Assembly (NCBI RefSeq): GCF_009914755.1
Contig: NC_060931.1
From: the human T2T-CHM13v2.0 reference genome, Homo sapiens
Strand: one strand, 5' to 3'
DNA: 64,000 nt
Shown here: piece after piece, positions 1 through 13,392 of the stretch
Layout: each line of letters opens with the position of its first letter
Numbering within the stretch: position 1 is the stretch's first letter
Made by a program: the position numbers and the translations under genes
The notes under the pieces: model-generated
The model's database searches: none
What the model was told of the DNA's origin: nothing
Seen by the model: only the letters and a program-made list of their open reading frames with translations

Positions 1-204
1 GGTGACAGATGGCACCTGGAAAAATCGGGTCACTCCCACCCGAATACTGCGCTTTTCTGATGGGCTTAAAAAACGGCGCACCAGATTATATCCTGCACCT
101 GGCTCAGAGGGTCCTACGCCCACGGAGTCTTGCTGATTGCTAGCACAGCAGTCTGAGATCAAACTGCAAGGCGGCAGCGAGGCTGTGGGAGGGGCGCCCG
201 CCAT
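1..204 (-). CDS. L1 antisense ORF0 homologue (open to the window edge)
   Basis: Manual translation from the CAT at 202-204 on the minus strand gives MAGAPPTASLPPCSLISDCCASNQQDSVGVGPSEPGAGYNLVRRFLSPSEKRSIRVGVTRFFQVPSVT, with no stop in 68 codons. This matches the primate L1 ORF0 N-terminus. Confidence 0.75.
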   Translation of the reverse strand, partial: MAGAPPTASLPPCSLISDCCASNQQDSVGVGPSEPGAGYNLVRRFLSPSEKRSIRVGVTRFFQVPSVT

Positions 205-1005
205 TGCCCAGGCTTGCTGAGGTAAACAAAGCAGCAGGGAAGCTCGAACTGGGTGGAGCCCACCACACCTCAAGGAGGCCTGCCTGCCTCTGTAGGCTCC
301 ACCTCTGGGGGCAGGGCACAGACAAACAAAAAGACAGCAGTAACCTCTGCAGATTTAAATGTCCCTGTCTGACAGCTTTGAAGAGAGCAGTGGTTCTCCC
401 AGCTCGCAGCTGGAGATCTGAGAACGGGTAGACTGCCTCCTCAAGTGGGTCCCTGACCCCTGACCCCCAAGCAGCCTAACTGGGAGGCACCCCCCAGCAC
501 TGACACCTCACACGGCTGGGTACTCCAACAGACCTGCAGCTGAGGGTCCTGTCTGTTAAAAGGAAAACTAACAAACAGAAAGGACATCCACACCAAAAAC
601 CCATCTGTACATCACCATCATCAAAGACCAAAAGTAGACAAAACCACAAAGATAGGGAAAAAACAGAGCAGAAAAACTGGAAACTCTAAAAAGCAGAGCG
701 CCTCTCCTCCTCCAAAGGAACGCAGTTCCTCACCAGCAACGGAACAAAGCTGGACGGAGAATGACTTTGACGAGCTGAGAGAAGAAGGCTTCAGACGATC
801 AAATTACTCCGAGCTAGGGGAGGACATTCAAACCAAAGGCAAAGAAGTTGAAAACTTTGAAAAAAATTTAGAAGAATGTATAACTAGTATAACCAATACA
901 GAGAAGTGCTTAAAGGAGCTGATGGAGCTGAAAACCAAGGCTCCAGAACTACGTGAAGAATGCGGAAGCCTCAGGAGCAGATGCAATCAACTGGAAGAAA
1001 GGGTA
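1..1005 (+). mobile_element. Young LINE-1 (L1PA2/L1PA3-like): 5'UTR plus start of ORF1, abruptly lost after ~1005
   Basis: Matches L1 5'UTR (GGCACCTGGAAAAATCGGGTCACTCCC; GACCTGCAGCTGAGGGTCCTG) and ORF1 5' end (GKKQSRKTGNSKKQSASPPPKERSSS...). The ORF1 ATG reads ATA at 652-654. Homology stops after GAAGAAAGGGTA. Confidence 0.95.
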
Positions 1006-1963
1006 AAATTGTTTTTCTTTTAGTCATCTTAGCATACCTGTAGTTACATCCATGATATTTTGCATATGAAAGCCTATCTCTAAATTAAAATATAGTTTTA
1101 TTAAATTATCAGACTTTCATGTAAAAGTCCATCCTTAGTCTCTTCATGGAGCCCTTTTGTCGAGCTGAAAGGAATTTTGGCATGTTGCTTAATTAGTTGG
1201 TTTCAACGAGGATATGAAAGCTATTCTCTGGATTTTGTCTAAATCAAAGACTGAGTCCTAATTGGACTTGTCACTCAAAACATTTCTTATCTTTTACAAG
1301 TTGGACATGAAAAATACTTACATCTTAATCCTGCAAGTCCGATAATTTCTGTTTTTTTCTCTTTTAATTCTTCTAAACTGGCCAGTGCTTTTCTGAGCTC
1401 ATCTTTTTCTTGTAGCACTTTTTGTCGCTCTAGTAAATGTAGCTAATTAGTGGTTGGGGGAGAGAGTGATATGTTAGTAACATCACCAGGAGCCTGTTTG
1501 CTTTATCAATTGCCTTTTAGGTACTTGCAGCAAATAGTTTTACCAAATGGTTTGTTACTGCATTTTATTCAACCATTAATAATAAATCCCTTGCTGCCTG
1601 GAGCCTGCCTCCAAAACCAAAGCCACATAATTTAATAAAAGCTTTCTATTTATAAGTAATGATTACTTTATTACTTAGCTCTTGCTGGGCTAAGTTGTGA
1701 TATCAAGAGACATGAAAGTCTCTAAATCATAATGATGAAAACAAAAAGATTCACTTGATTTTCTCCTTACATGGTGGTAACAAGTAGTCTACTGTTCTGT
1801 TCAATGTCCTGTTTAATCCAGAACCCACAGTAAAGAGGCAGCCTTGTTTGACTACACAGTGGCCTCATGGCAGAGGGAAGAGAGCTGTAGCAACCATTAA
1901 ATGGATCTTTCATCTTTTACTCAGAATTTGCAAAAACTTTAAATCATGTTCCATTAGCCCAGG

Positions 1964-2665
1964 TGTTATGGACTAAATTTTGTCCTCCCAAAATTCACAT
2001 GCTGAAGCATATAACAGCCCATGTGAGTGTATTCAAAGATACAGCCTTTAAGGAGGCAATTAAGGTGAAATGTGGTCATTAAGGTGGGGCCCTAATCCAA
2101 TAGGACTAGTGTTCTTTGGTTGTTTTATTTTTTTTATTTTTTATTTTTTTGAGACAGAGTCTGGGTCTGTCGGTCCAGGCTGGAGTACAGTGGCGCGATC
2201 TCGGCTCACTGCAAGCTCCGCCTCTTAGGTTCACGCCATTCTCCTGCCTCAGCCCCCTGAGCAGCTGGGACTACAGGCACCTGCCACCACGACCGGCAAA
2301 TTTTTTGTATTTTTAGTAGAGACGGGGTTTCACCCTGGTCTCGATCTCCTGACCTCATGATCCGCCTGCCTCAGCCTCCCAAAGTGCTGGGATTACAGGC
2401 ATCAGCCACCACACCCAGCCAGGACTAGTGTCCTTTTAAGAAGAAAGCAAGAGGCACCAGGGATGTGTGCACCCAGAAAAAAGGCCATGCAAGGACACAA
2501 AAAGAAGGTAACCATCTGCAAGCCAAGGACATAGGCCTTGGGAGAAAACAACCCTACAGGCACTTTGATCCCAGGCTTCCAACCTCCAGAACTGTGAGAA
2601 ATCAATGTTGTTTTAGCCTCCTAGTCTACAGTAGTTTCTTATTACAGCACAAGCTGACAAATGCA
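1964..2665 (+). mobile_element. MLT1B-like MaLR LTR interrupted by an Alu
   Basis: TGTTATGGACTAAAT...CCCAAAATTCACATGCTGAAG...GCCCTAATCCAATAGGACTAGTG and CCATCTGCAAGCCAAGG...CCTCCAGAACTGTGAGAAA. Confidence 0.8.
2117..2420 (-). mobile_element. AluY (AluYd-type 12-bp deletion in left arm)
   Basis: Alu body with TSD AGGACTAGTGT(T/C)CTT at 2102-2116 and 2421-2435. It reads GAGACCA^GGGTGAAACCCC on the minus strand, lacking TCCTGGCTAACA. Confidence 0.9.
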
Positions 2666-5600
2666 CCAACAAAGTCACATCCTCAACCCTGACAGTAGCG
2701 GTGTGAAGTATATTCCTCCCACAGAGAAGCAGTGGGTGTTACATGGTATTAGCAAGGAATATATGAGCTGCTTTGATGAGGACAGCAATAATTTTGAATA
2801 ATAATCTCACCTAGCATGGATATTTTGCTGGCTAAGAGTGAAGAGATATAAAAATAATTTTAAACTTGGTTCCAGTTTTCACTTGACCTAGTATTTTAAT
2901 TGTAATCAGCAATTATTATCTAGACTGGTATAACACACATCCAAATTCCTAAAATCTGTAAGCTTTTTGATGGAATAAAAAACACGAAAACAAAACAGAC
3001 TCCAAAAACACCTGAAAATATAACTGTAATTATTCAAAAGCAAAATTATTAAAGATATACTTCAAGTGTATATTTTTTGACATGGGCCATTAGTTGTGAA
3101 AATGTTAAGTTGTATAATAGGTGTGTCTTTGGACTCATGCGTGAAGCCTCCAATATCAAAAAGTCTTGTATCGTACATTCATATTTTAACAATTAATACA
3201 TTGTCCCATATAAGTTAACATAGATATATGAATATTCACCAATCATGAGCCCTGTTCTTCATAATGTTTAATCTTGAAGGAGAGACAGAGGTGGAAACAT
3301 ACTTCCAATTATGAACATTGACTAATAAAAACAGAGACTTAAGGTTAAGATAGTAGATCTCCAGAGATGGTAGAAATGGATATTTTAAGAAAAGGGTAAT
3401 AAACCCTAAAATAAATCTCAAAACTTTTTTCATTAATTTAAGTAGAAGAAATAGGATATTGTTAGCTACTTACTCATCTTAGAAATTCTTGCATGGTTTA
3501 ATTGGCCCTGCATATACATGGAGTGATAGGTGGTAGTTCCCTCCCTCCTGCTCCGAATTAGGGGGCCAGAATACCACTTCCCTTCTTTTCTTACAGCCTT
3601 ACTGGCATTACATTGTGTTTTGATGATAGCTGGTTTAAGGCAAAAGACATAAAGGGAATACTAATGGTCTACACTTACGTGGTTTGAAGAAATCATATAT
3701 TGCTGTATATTAAAGGTATCAATGTAAATATAATTATGTCCTTTTGCTACATCAAAACTTGACTGTAACATTGAGGGCTATGGTTTTAAAACTGGTTATG
3801 TGAGCCGAAATGCATGGTTCTTGAAATTATTTCCACATTCCCTGAGGTTTAGTAGAAGCTTCAAATTTCCTACTGTTTCTCCAACTGAACTTCAGTGCTT
3901 ATCTAAGGTCCATGTTAAAGTAGCAAAACCTTTCTTTTGAAAAAAAAAAAAAAAAAAAAAGATATCCATAGCTAAAGTGTAGTTGGAAACCTCCATGAAA
4001 TTCTTTACCTTCACATACCATATTTTTATGTTGCTTCCTCTTTATAAAAATTTAAAACAATCTTGAAGCATTTTGTTGACTTTATTATGTTTTCTTTGCC
4101 CAGATGCTTTCTTCAGTCTACAACTCCCACATTTTACATAACACTACTTATCACATTGTACATTTATTTTCTTAGCAGTATGTAGAACAAAATTTCACAA
4201 CTGGCCAGGAAACAAGGGCACAGGGAGAACTGGGGCAAATATAATATTTCGGAGTGTACCTCGGTGAGATAGAAATGTATCTAATTGATATAGACAAGGT
4301 CTAGATAATAAGAAAGAAGCAGGTGTCTCTTTCATGCACAATCCTCCACTAAAAGCACTGGAAAGGGTTAAATTTTGAGACAAAAGAGACAACCCTAAAA
4401 CTTCAGGATCTCGGCTTACTCTTGGTCATTGCTCATGTTCTACCAGACATTGTCCCAAACAGCTAAAAGTGTAAGCCTTGATCTCTGTGGTATTTTGTAA
4501 CTTCAAAGCAAAGGAGCTCAGAGATGGAAAACTGAGGCTCAAAGAAGCCAGGACAACATGGTATCAGAAAAGAGGAACCCTTAAAATACCAATTGATCTT
4601 TCCTCCTACCTTTAAGTTGAATGGCTCATAAATTATCTCATATGTCTCTACATCTTACAAGAAACAAAACTATATGGTTGCATGGTCCTCTGACTAAAAT
4701 TCCCATTAGAAATCTACAGACAAAAATCTCTTCTTCATGTCTCTCATATTAAGTCTAAGCTACATGTGACTTCAGTGAAGATGGCAAATAGCTGTTCCTC
4801 TTCCTTAAGCTCACCGTATATTTAACAAAAACTCTATTAAATAGCCCTTCCTCTCTCTTCTTTAACCTGCAATCAAATTATATTTTATCATTATTTTAGG
4901 TTGGCATTTATCTTACACAACTAGCCTCTTTTTCTGTTGTGTGTCTTTTTACAAGGAGTTTTGTAGGTCATAATGTGAGTCACTGCAACATGAAGATAAA
5001 TTGTTCGGAGTAGGGAAAAAATAGAAAAAAAACGGGATTGACGAAGAGGAAAGGAAATTGGTCAGGTTAGCTAATGACCCAAGAATGTGAGAACATATAT
5101 TTACTGATTTTTTTTTCTTCTTTCTGCATCTATAAAGTATCTCCATTTAACAACCTCCTGGGCTTACATATGTGTAACAAGAAAAAAATATTTGAAGAAT
5201 ACTTTACTGTCCCTAATTATCAATTTTGCCCTGGCAACCATCTACTGAAACTAATAATAAAAAGAACCATGATTTGTTTCTCCTACAGTTGGCTGAATTT
5301 AGTTAAATTAAAAATAAAGTGTTATTGACATTAGCTTCAGAAGATAAAGATCCAAAGCTGACTTGAGCAGTGAGTTAACCAGAAAGTGATTAAATTCTGT
5401 GAATATATATGATGGACCTTATGTCTGAAGATTTTTATATTGACTCTTCTTATGGGCCTTGTTTTAAAAGATCCCAGAACAAATATCTAACAATAATCTA
5501 AGGCAATGGCTAATGGAAATGCTACTTTTACAGCTCGAGGGTAACATATTTGTTTAAGAAATAGGTGTGCTAGCCTTCCCTGAGACTCTTTCCATAATTG

Positions 5601-8600
5601 AGATGATCAATTGTATTTGTACTATAAATGATGATGTCTGGATAATGATTACTGACCCATATGCAGCTCCCAAACCACAGCAAACTTTGAAAATTCAATT
5701 ACAAGTCCAGATGCTGTATACTGCATATGTAAACTGTTTCAGGAAGGAAGATTGCATATTAATAACTTAGTCTATGTGGGTTATCTCTGCAAGCTAGTGG
5801 ATATTTTGCAGAAATAGTTCTTGGGGAAAGCAAAAGGTATACAGACACTAGACTGTTTCAAGTTTATTTCAACCTACAGCTACATTACAAGTTTACTCTT
5901 ACAATTAGTATTTGTTTCAATTATTAAAATCTCTCCATTTTAAAAAATTACTTATTTGATTAATATCTTTCAAAGATAAAAATAAATCTGAAGTATCAAG
6001 CTGTGTATTCTTGATACCACAGAATATTATGTCATTTTTATGTGCTCAAACTGACTTCCTTCTGATTGTATAGAGTACGGAATAGCAACTGATATTTTTT
6101 GGAAAAGTGTAACAACCAACACTTTGGTAAAAGAAGACCACCACCAACCAAAATCTATATCTAGTAGTAGATACGTACAATTTTTAAAAAAATATTAGCA
6201 TTTATTAAGTTTTACTGCTTATTATAGTTATTAATTCAATTTAACTATTTACCAATCATGTATTTTCTAGGCACCTCCTAGGAACCAGGATCTGTACTTG
6301 GTGTCCCAGTGATAAAGTAAAACAGCCTGTCCTTCCTGCACTCAAGGAGACAGCTCCATAAGTGGGGAGCTTTTTGAAAATGCAGAATTTGGGGAACTAT
6401 TCACAGATATTTCTATTAAGTTACATTGAAAAAAGCCTGGGACTAGCTATGATCTCCTGTCTGGTGATTTGGATGTGATAGTCTCAAACATATTTTGAAA
6501 TATACTTGCCCAAAGAATGGAGAAAGACCCAGCCAGCCCTCCTCATGTGGCTGCTGAGGTAGATATATGTATAATAAAAAAACTGCCAAAAACAAAGTCT
6601 CCTGTTCTTCTTTTTCTCATTTATTTTTTTCTACCACTTCAGTTCACATCTTATTTTCTTCCATTTAATAGTTTTCTGCTGTTAGACAAGACAACAGGAA
6701 ATTTGGATGCTTCATTCCACACCAAATGAATCAGGACCTCCAGGTGAAAAAAAAAAAAAGTGGAGATCTGCTTTTTCTTTCTTCTTTTCATTAATCTCTA
6801 TTTGGAGAAACACTGGTCTTGGAAATGAATTGACAAGTAACATGACCTTAGACAAATCAATTAAGTTTCTTGACCCCTGACTTTTTTTCATCTGTATAAT
6901 GCTATTTTTACTAAGGATTTATTAATGTCCTTCCAGCTCTGATATTTTCTTATTGATTCTAATTACATTTCAGCTTTGTTCATTTTCTTTTTGATACAAA
7001 TTCCTTTGATGGGAATCTCTTTAAACAAAAATTTTGAGATTTTAAAAAATTTTAATCTTTGATAACTTCTACATTTTTCATCCTCCTTATTTTAAATTTA
7101 TTTTCTCTTGTTTACCACTAGCTAATCTTCAAGTCTTGAAGTCAGCTCAGATTGGAAAATATATGAAAGCCCAGTTCTTGTTTCTTTCCTATTTGCATTT
7201 GCTTTTTATAGAAATCTGGAAAAATTAACAAATTATAAAATGGTTTGTAATAATTATTTCAAATATCTTTTCTAGGGTTTCTAATTGCTTTTCATTCATT
7301 GGAGATGACAGTTCCAAATATATTCACCTTTGTAAATGAAGAGGATAGAATTTTAATCAGACGAATGAGAAAATAAAAGTGCTATGATTAGAAAAACTTG
7401 AGGATTATTCTAACCAGCAAGCGAAGATCTCTTAAAATCTTCAGAGGAATTGCAGAATTAAAAAAAATATATGTGGCAAGAACTCGATTGGATAGATAAA
7501 TACAGGTAATAGATATCTTTGAGGTAAAATAGAACCTCAATTTAAATAGATTAATGTAAGAATTTTAAAAATGCTGATGAACTTGATATATTACAATAAT
7601 CCTTTCTGGGCTGAAGGAAATAGGAATAAATAGGAGCAAGCCACAGTGAAAAAAACATACAATCTGTCTCACTGGGTGAGAGGGTTGTCCTGAAAACATC
7701 CGACGTCTGGAATGCCCTTGTCTCCAAGTATGCAAGTCCTCCAAACACCCTGAGGCTAATATAATGCCAACAAGTAAATGGACTTTGTTTATATACATGG
7801 GAACTTTTTAAGAAATCAAAACATTAAAATTCTTGAAAGCAGTATGACTGATCAATAACTAAATCTATCCATAACTGAGAATTTGCACAACCTGGGCAAC
7901 AAGCATTTTCCAGGAATAAATTGCTGTTCATCCATAGTGTGTAAATGACTCTTCCAAAACAGTTTTAAGAGATGTCACCATTTTATCTTATTTTTTTTCT
8001 TCCTGTTCCATCTTCCACTGTCTCAAACTCTCTTTACTTCGTTCCTCAGGAACAGCTTTCATCTGCTCTTATTTCCTTTAAATATGTGATAATCTTTGCT
8101 CTTTGACTCTATTTTCCTAAGGTATGGTTGTTCTAATTAATTTTACCTCAGCTGACATTAGGAGCATTGTAAAAATTAATAACAATCTTACACAAGAATC
8201 TTTCTTAATACTATGAAATGTAATCAGGTTTACCATTTTTATAAATGTCTTTGTTTAGAGTAAAACAGGTGATGATATGGCTTTATCATCAAAGGATTCA
8301 TCTCAATGCTAACCTAAAAAGAGAGGAAATTAGTTCTGATATAGGATCCAAACACAATTAAGCATTTTAACTCATGCATATAACAATCTCTTTATCTCAG
8401 TCAACTGCTACTCTTCTGTTATACAATGAATTTCCTTCTTTCAATTATTTTCTAAGCAGCATTCTATTTTTGGCATAAAATATTGATTTCTGTAAACAAA
8501 AATTCATGAACGTACAACATAAGCATGAAGACTTTAGATTTATGTATGATTTCTGAGCAGGGGCTGTTAATTTTGGTTGACTTTGAGAGAACATTTGAAT

Positions 8601-8721
8601 TGATAAGTATTAACTATTTTTAAATCAGTAGAGACTGAGTTATATACATATAGATGTGTATATGCATATGTATGTATGTATTTTTCTTCTTTTTTTTAAA
8701 TAATAGGAGTAATGGGGCAAG

Positions 8722-8773
8722 ATAAACTCGTATAGACTAAAGAAAATAAACTTGTATAGACTAAAGAAAATAA
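8722..8773. repeat. 24-bp tandem duplication
   Basis: ATAAACT(C/T)GTATAGACTAAAGAAA x2. Confidence 0.85.
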
Positions 8774-10762
8774 GTTGGCACATTTGAATTGTAGTATACA
8801 AAAGTACAACCTATTATAAATGTATATATGTATTAAGTATGATGAGTAATTACTCCTGTAATAACTATGTCTCCGAAAATCCTTCCTGGAAAATTGTTTC
8901 CTCCTAAATGTGCTGCTGCAATTAACTTGTATTTTCCTATTGAAACACACACTATTGCAATATGCTATGTTGCTTCCTTGCTTGAGTACACGTTATTTGA
9001 GTAAACTTTGTGACAGCAGGGAGGGACCACACCTCTCTTTTTCTCATTCTTTTTTCTCCAACACCTTGTCTAATATATGAACAGAGTTTTGGCTTCATAA
9101 ATACCTATTGAAATAAATGAGAGGCATATTTTAGGCCCTTGTCTTTCCTGCGACGTCATGCTCAACCTCAATGCCAGTAATCTGGTTCATTATTTTTTGT
9201 TATCTTTTTTTCTAACAGTGGAATAAGTGTTGCAGTGATTTTATATTATTATGTCCTATGTTATTGACCCTGACACTTCCATTGGATACCTTAACACCAT
9301 CTGTTCTATGCATCACTGCAGAGAAAGGTTGATAAAAGATTGATACCTGTCATCTTAGGAAGTCATTTGTGCACTAGTTAAAGCAATTATAGGTGGGATG
9401 ACAGTCTCTGAAAAATGTCCATTTTCCTTTTGTAAAGTAATTCTGTTGTTTATGTCATGTCTCCATTGATGAGCCCATTGTCTCTCAAACTATTCACTTG
9501 CCACTTTCTAATTTTATAATCTCCACACCTTTGGAATTTGCCAATACAACAGAGCAGTAGACAATTTTCTTGGACTTCATGCTTGATCTGCTTCAATCTA
9601 TACTATTTGTTATAAACCTTCATGACTGACAGATCAGACCTATCATCTTGGATCCTCTGTAGTGGCATAATTTTGTCTTTGACAGATTATAACTTAAAAT
9701 TGCTGAGAATACTCTGTCAACTTTAAAATGTATCTGTAATATTTACAAGTATATCATTCATCTTAAGTACTACAAAATACCTTCCCCTTATGAGAGTCAG
9801 CTAACTATTTTTAACTAGTTGCATTAAAAAGTGAAAACTATTTTTCGTTTCTAAATATGCTATTCTCTTCTAAGTAAATTAGGATAAAGTACTTTCTATT
9901 GAAAATCAAACTTATAAATCTCTTATCTTCAAACTTACTATATACTTGTGAGTTTTTTATGTTAGGGAGTGCTTGAGTACAATGGGAGATCAATATAAAA
10001 CCTCATTTAAGAAACATTTTTGCATCTAAAATCATGCCTAATAGAAAGCTGAGGCAGTAGAACTGGTGAGCGTTCCTGATAAAATTCTTCTTTATGAGTA
10101 AAAAAAGTTCAAGACAAATGTATTATGAATCTGATTTTTTTCATATTTGTACCAAAATAAAGAATGTTACATTATGAAGTCATGGGTGGTTTTTACTGAG
10201 AGTGTTAAATTGTGGAGAACTAGTTATTTTCTCATAAGCCTTTTTTGTCTGTGGTTACTCTTCAGTTGCAACTGATGTCCTTAATGGCAGAGGAAACATC
10301 CATATCCACCATATCAGTCACATTCCAAGTAGCTGACTGTTGAATGCCTGGTGCATTAAGTAAGAGCCATCGGCCAAGAATGTTGAGAAAATTAAAGGGT
10401 TGTTAGAATAGAAAGAAAAAAGCTGAAAAAATATGGTTAGTGAGAAATGCTGTACAGTATCATCCTTTAAATTTGACAGAAAAGTTGATTTCATCGAGAG
10501 CAGAAGAGAGGTTACAGTGTCATTTTTAACATAAGTTGAATATGTACTTAATTTTTAGTAGGAATGGTATATTTTCTGAATTTGTAGATAACGTTTTTAT
10601 TTAATCAGTTTCTACAGCCTTTCACCTTTCTTATGATCTACTTTATTATGACTATCTATAAATATTTACCATTTATTATCTTGTATATCTTCTTTTAAAT
10701 TTTCTTACATGGATCTCTTCGAGTGAAGCGACCAGACAGTAGACACTTTTTATGAGTAGCTG

Positions 10763-11517
10763 TGATATGGGAGTGCTGGGAAGTGAAGGGCATGGTCCCT
10801 TTAAATGATACGGAAGTGGGGAAGGGAAGTGCTGGGTAAAGGAGGGCATGGTCCCTGGCTAGGGTTTCACCTGCCTTCTGCCCAAATGTTGCATTTCCTA
10901 AGACCACCCTTGGCCGCTATGCCCGCATCCTGTGTCTATAAAAATCTCTGAGACCCTAGCAGGCAGACACACAAGCGGCTAGACATCGAGAGGATGTCAA
11001 GAGGAGCAAGCAGGTGGAAGATACTGGCAGGCCAGCAGGCCATCGGCCAGCAGAATGATGCAGAATTTGGCCAGAGCAGTTGGAGAAGCTCCACGGCCCC
11101 ACATCAGGGTAAAACCATCTCCCTTCTGGCTCCCCCATCTGCTGAGAGACACTGCCACTAAATAAAACCTTGCACTCATTCTCCAACCCCAAGTGTGAGC
11201 CAATTCTTCCAGTACATCAAGGCAAGAACCTGGAGTACAGAAAGCCCTCTGTCCTTGCAGCAAGGTAGGGGGTGTAATTGAGGTGGTTAACACAAGCCTA
11301 TAGATGGCAAAACTAAAAGAGCACCCTATAAACACTCACCCACTGGGGCTTCAGGAGCTGTAAACATTCACCCCTGGACACTGCCGTGGGGTCGGAGCCC
11401 CACAGCCTGCCCATCTGTATCCTCCTGGAGAGGTCTGAACAGCGGGGCACTGAAGAAGCAAGCCGCTTCCCCTGTCACATGCCCTGCAAGGGGGACAAGG
11501 AAACCTTTCTCCTTTCA
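10763..11517 (+). mobile_element. Solo ERV1 LTR (LTR1-like family)
   Basis: TG...CA termini, near-4-bp TSD GCTG/GGTG, duplicated 5' motif GTGCTGGG..AGGGCATGGTCCCT, TATA (CTATAAAAA ~10936) and AATAAA at 11161. GC-rich island in AT-rich DNA. Confidence 0.8.
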
Positions 11518-13305
11518 GGTGCTATCACATTACCTGTATAAGTAGTCATTCCACAAATGTAACTTGAGCTAAATTTAATAGATTATGGAGATTAATTGGA
11601 ATAAAAAAATGCTTCAAGTATAATCATTTCTTTTCCTCTGTTATCTGGGACATAACCAACAGTTAGAAGTTTAATACTAAAAAGATGATTCTCACACAAA
11701 CCTAGGATAAACATATTTTAAGATTATATACAACTCATTAATGAGGGAACCAAAAAGAAGGTAAAACTGGTTTAAAATACATTTTGTGGAACAGGCATAT
11801 AAAGATAATGTGGGGAGAACTGTTAAAATAAGACTGCTAGATAAAATACAGCACTTGTTAACAGCCTATAAAACAATATGTTAATCTTTCATGTTTTCTT
11901 TTCTACAAAGAGAAATCTACAAGTTGGCATGTAAATTCATACAGTCAAAGTTACATACATATAATAATAGTTCTGTTGGTGTGTTTGTAAGCCAATGTTC
12001 AAGCTTTAATGTTCAAGTTTCAATGTTCAGTGTTCAGCATTGAAAGTTACTTCCGCACTCTGCTTTTTTTTGAAGTTTTTAATGATTTTTTTAAACAGAG
12101 TCAATAAACTCTTAAATAGGGCCTAATAAATATGTCTGCTTTTTCCCCAACTGTTTATATGGAAGAACTCTTAACTCCTTTATCCAAAAGAAAACAACTG
12201 CTATCATGTTTGTCTCTCTAGGCTGTGAATGGTAGACTTGAATCCCAAAATCCAAGAGCCAACCATAAACTGCAATCAGAATTTAAGAGGACTTAATGAA
12301 TTCATTTTCTCAAGAATTTTGCAGAAGAGTCTCGGTAGAGGAATTAATAAGAAATCAGTCACTATAATATACAGACATTGGTGAATAAACAGTAATAGAT
12401 TAAGACCTATATAAGGAGTCTGGAGAACAAAAACAAAAATTTCTTTACCAGAGCCTTGGGGTGGTGGGAGGGGAGAGGGACACAAGGAGAAGCATATGAA
12501 TACACAGCCATACTTGGATTGTTTTAATCTCATTCCAGTAGAATTGAATGACTGGTTTGCAAGAACATTGCTAAAGGTCAAAAGTATAGGCTGCTCCAAA
12601 GTAACCTCTGACTATCTAAAAGATGCTGTGTAAATCAAGGCCTCCAACATGATTGTATTAATAAATATGTTTAAATGCATATGCACAGGCAAAGACATGT
12701 TGTCTCATTTGTTAATTACTTCAAGGCGTTAGGCCTTGGGTTCACTAAATTTTAAAACTTGATATTTTTATGTATTACTGAATCTAAAAAGAAAAGCAAA
12801 AAATAACAAAAAAGCAAAATCTAATATTTTATAATACAAAGTGAAAAAAGGGCGTTATATCAAATTTGATGTACTGTGATACTAACATGTCACATCTAGT
12901 TAATCAGATGTCCTGTTAGGCTTCATTGCCTACATGCTACCATAACTAGAGGTGACAGTTTAGAACATTCTATGTGTTAAAAGACATAAATAGAAGTACA
13001 TTCTTTACAATATCAGGCAGGGAATTCTAAGTCAATTGGTCTGGGCTATCAAATACAAGTGAAAAAATTTCTAAGTGCACAAGAAAAAGGAAAAGCTTAG
13101 CTTCAAAAGTTGTGCTAGTGGGGTACTTTAATTATGCTATCAAATTATATTTGAAAGAGGACTGATTATTTCAATGCTGAAACATATACACACAAGGGCA
13201 AAAGATCATTTTTAAACACAGCAGGCTCCTCTACGTCCTGCTACAGGATCCTACTTAAAATGGCAAATGCAGATTTCATTGTGATGTTGATACTCTGTTT
13301 CTTCC

Positions 13306-13392
13306 CCCAAGGCTTGCTTTTCAACTTTTCTTGCTTGCAAATTTTCATTCCCAAGGCTTGCTTTTCAACTTTTCTTGCTTGCAAATTTTCAT
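13306..13392. repeat. Near-perfect 44-bp tandem duplication
   Basis: CCCAAGGCTTGCTTTTCAACTTTTCTTGCTTGCAAATTTTCAT at 13306 and again at 13350. Confidence 0.95.

Larger units (their letters stand above)
1670..2815 (-). mobile_element. Old MaLR LTR (MLT1J/K-like) fragments flanking a nested MLT1B
   Basis: MaLR-like motifs GGCCTCATGGCAGAGGGAAGAG and CCATTAGCCCA...AAAGTCACAT continue across the 1964-2665 insertion. Confidence 0.45.

Noticed and set aside
140-325. 61-aa minus ORF in the L1 5'UTR as ORF0
   Set aside because: Different frame; the true ORF0 homologue starts at 204.
7276-7505. AG...GT-bounded exon-like segment (similar ones near 10266 and 13531)
   Set aside because: No recognisable protein or transcript; such signals arise by chance in AT-rich DNA.
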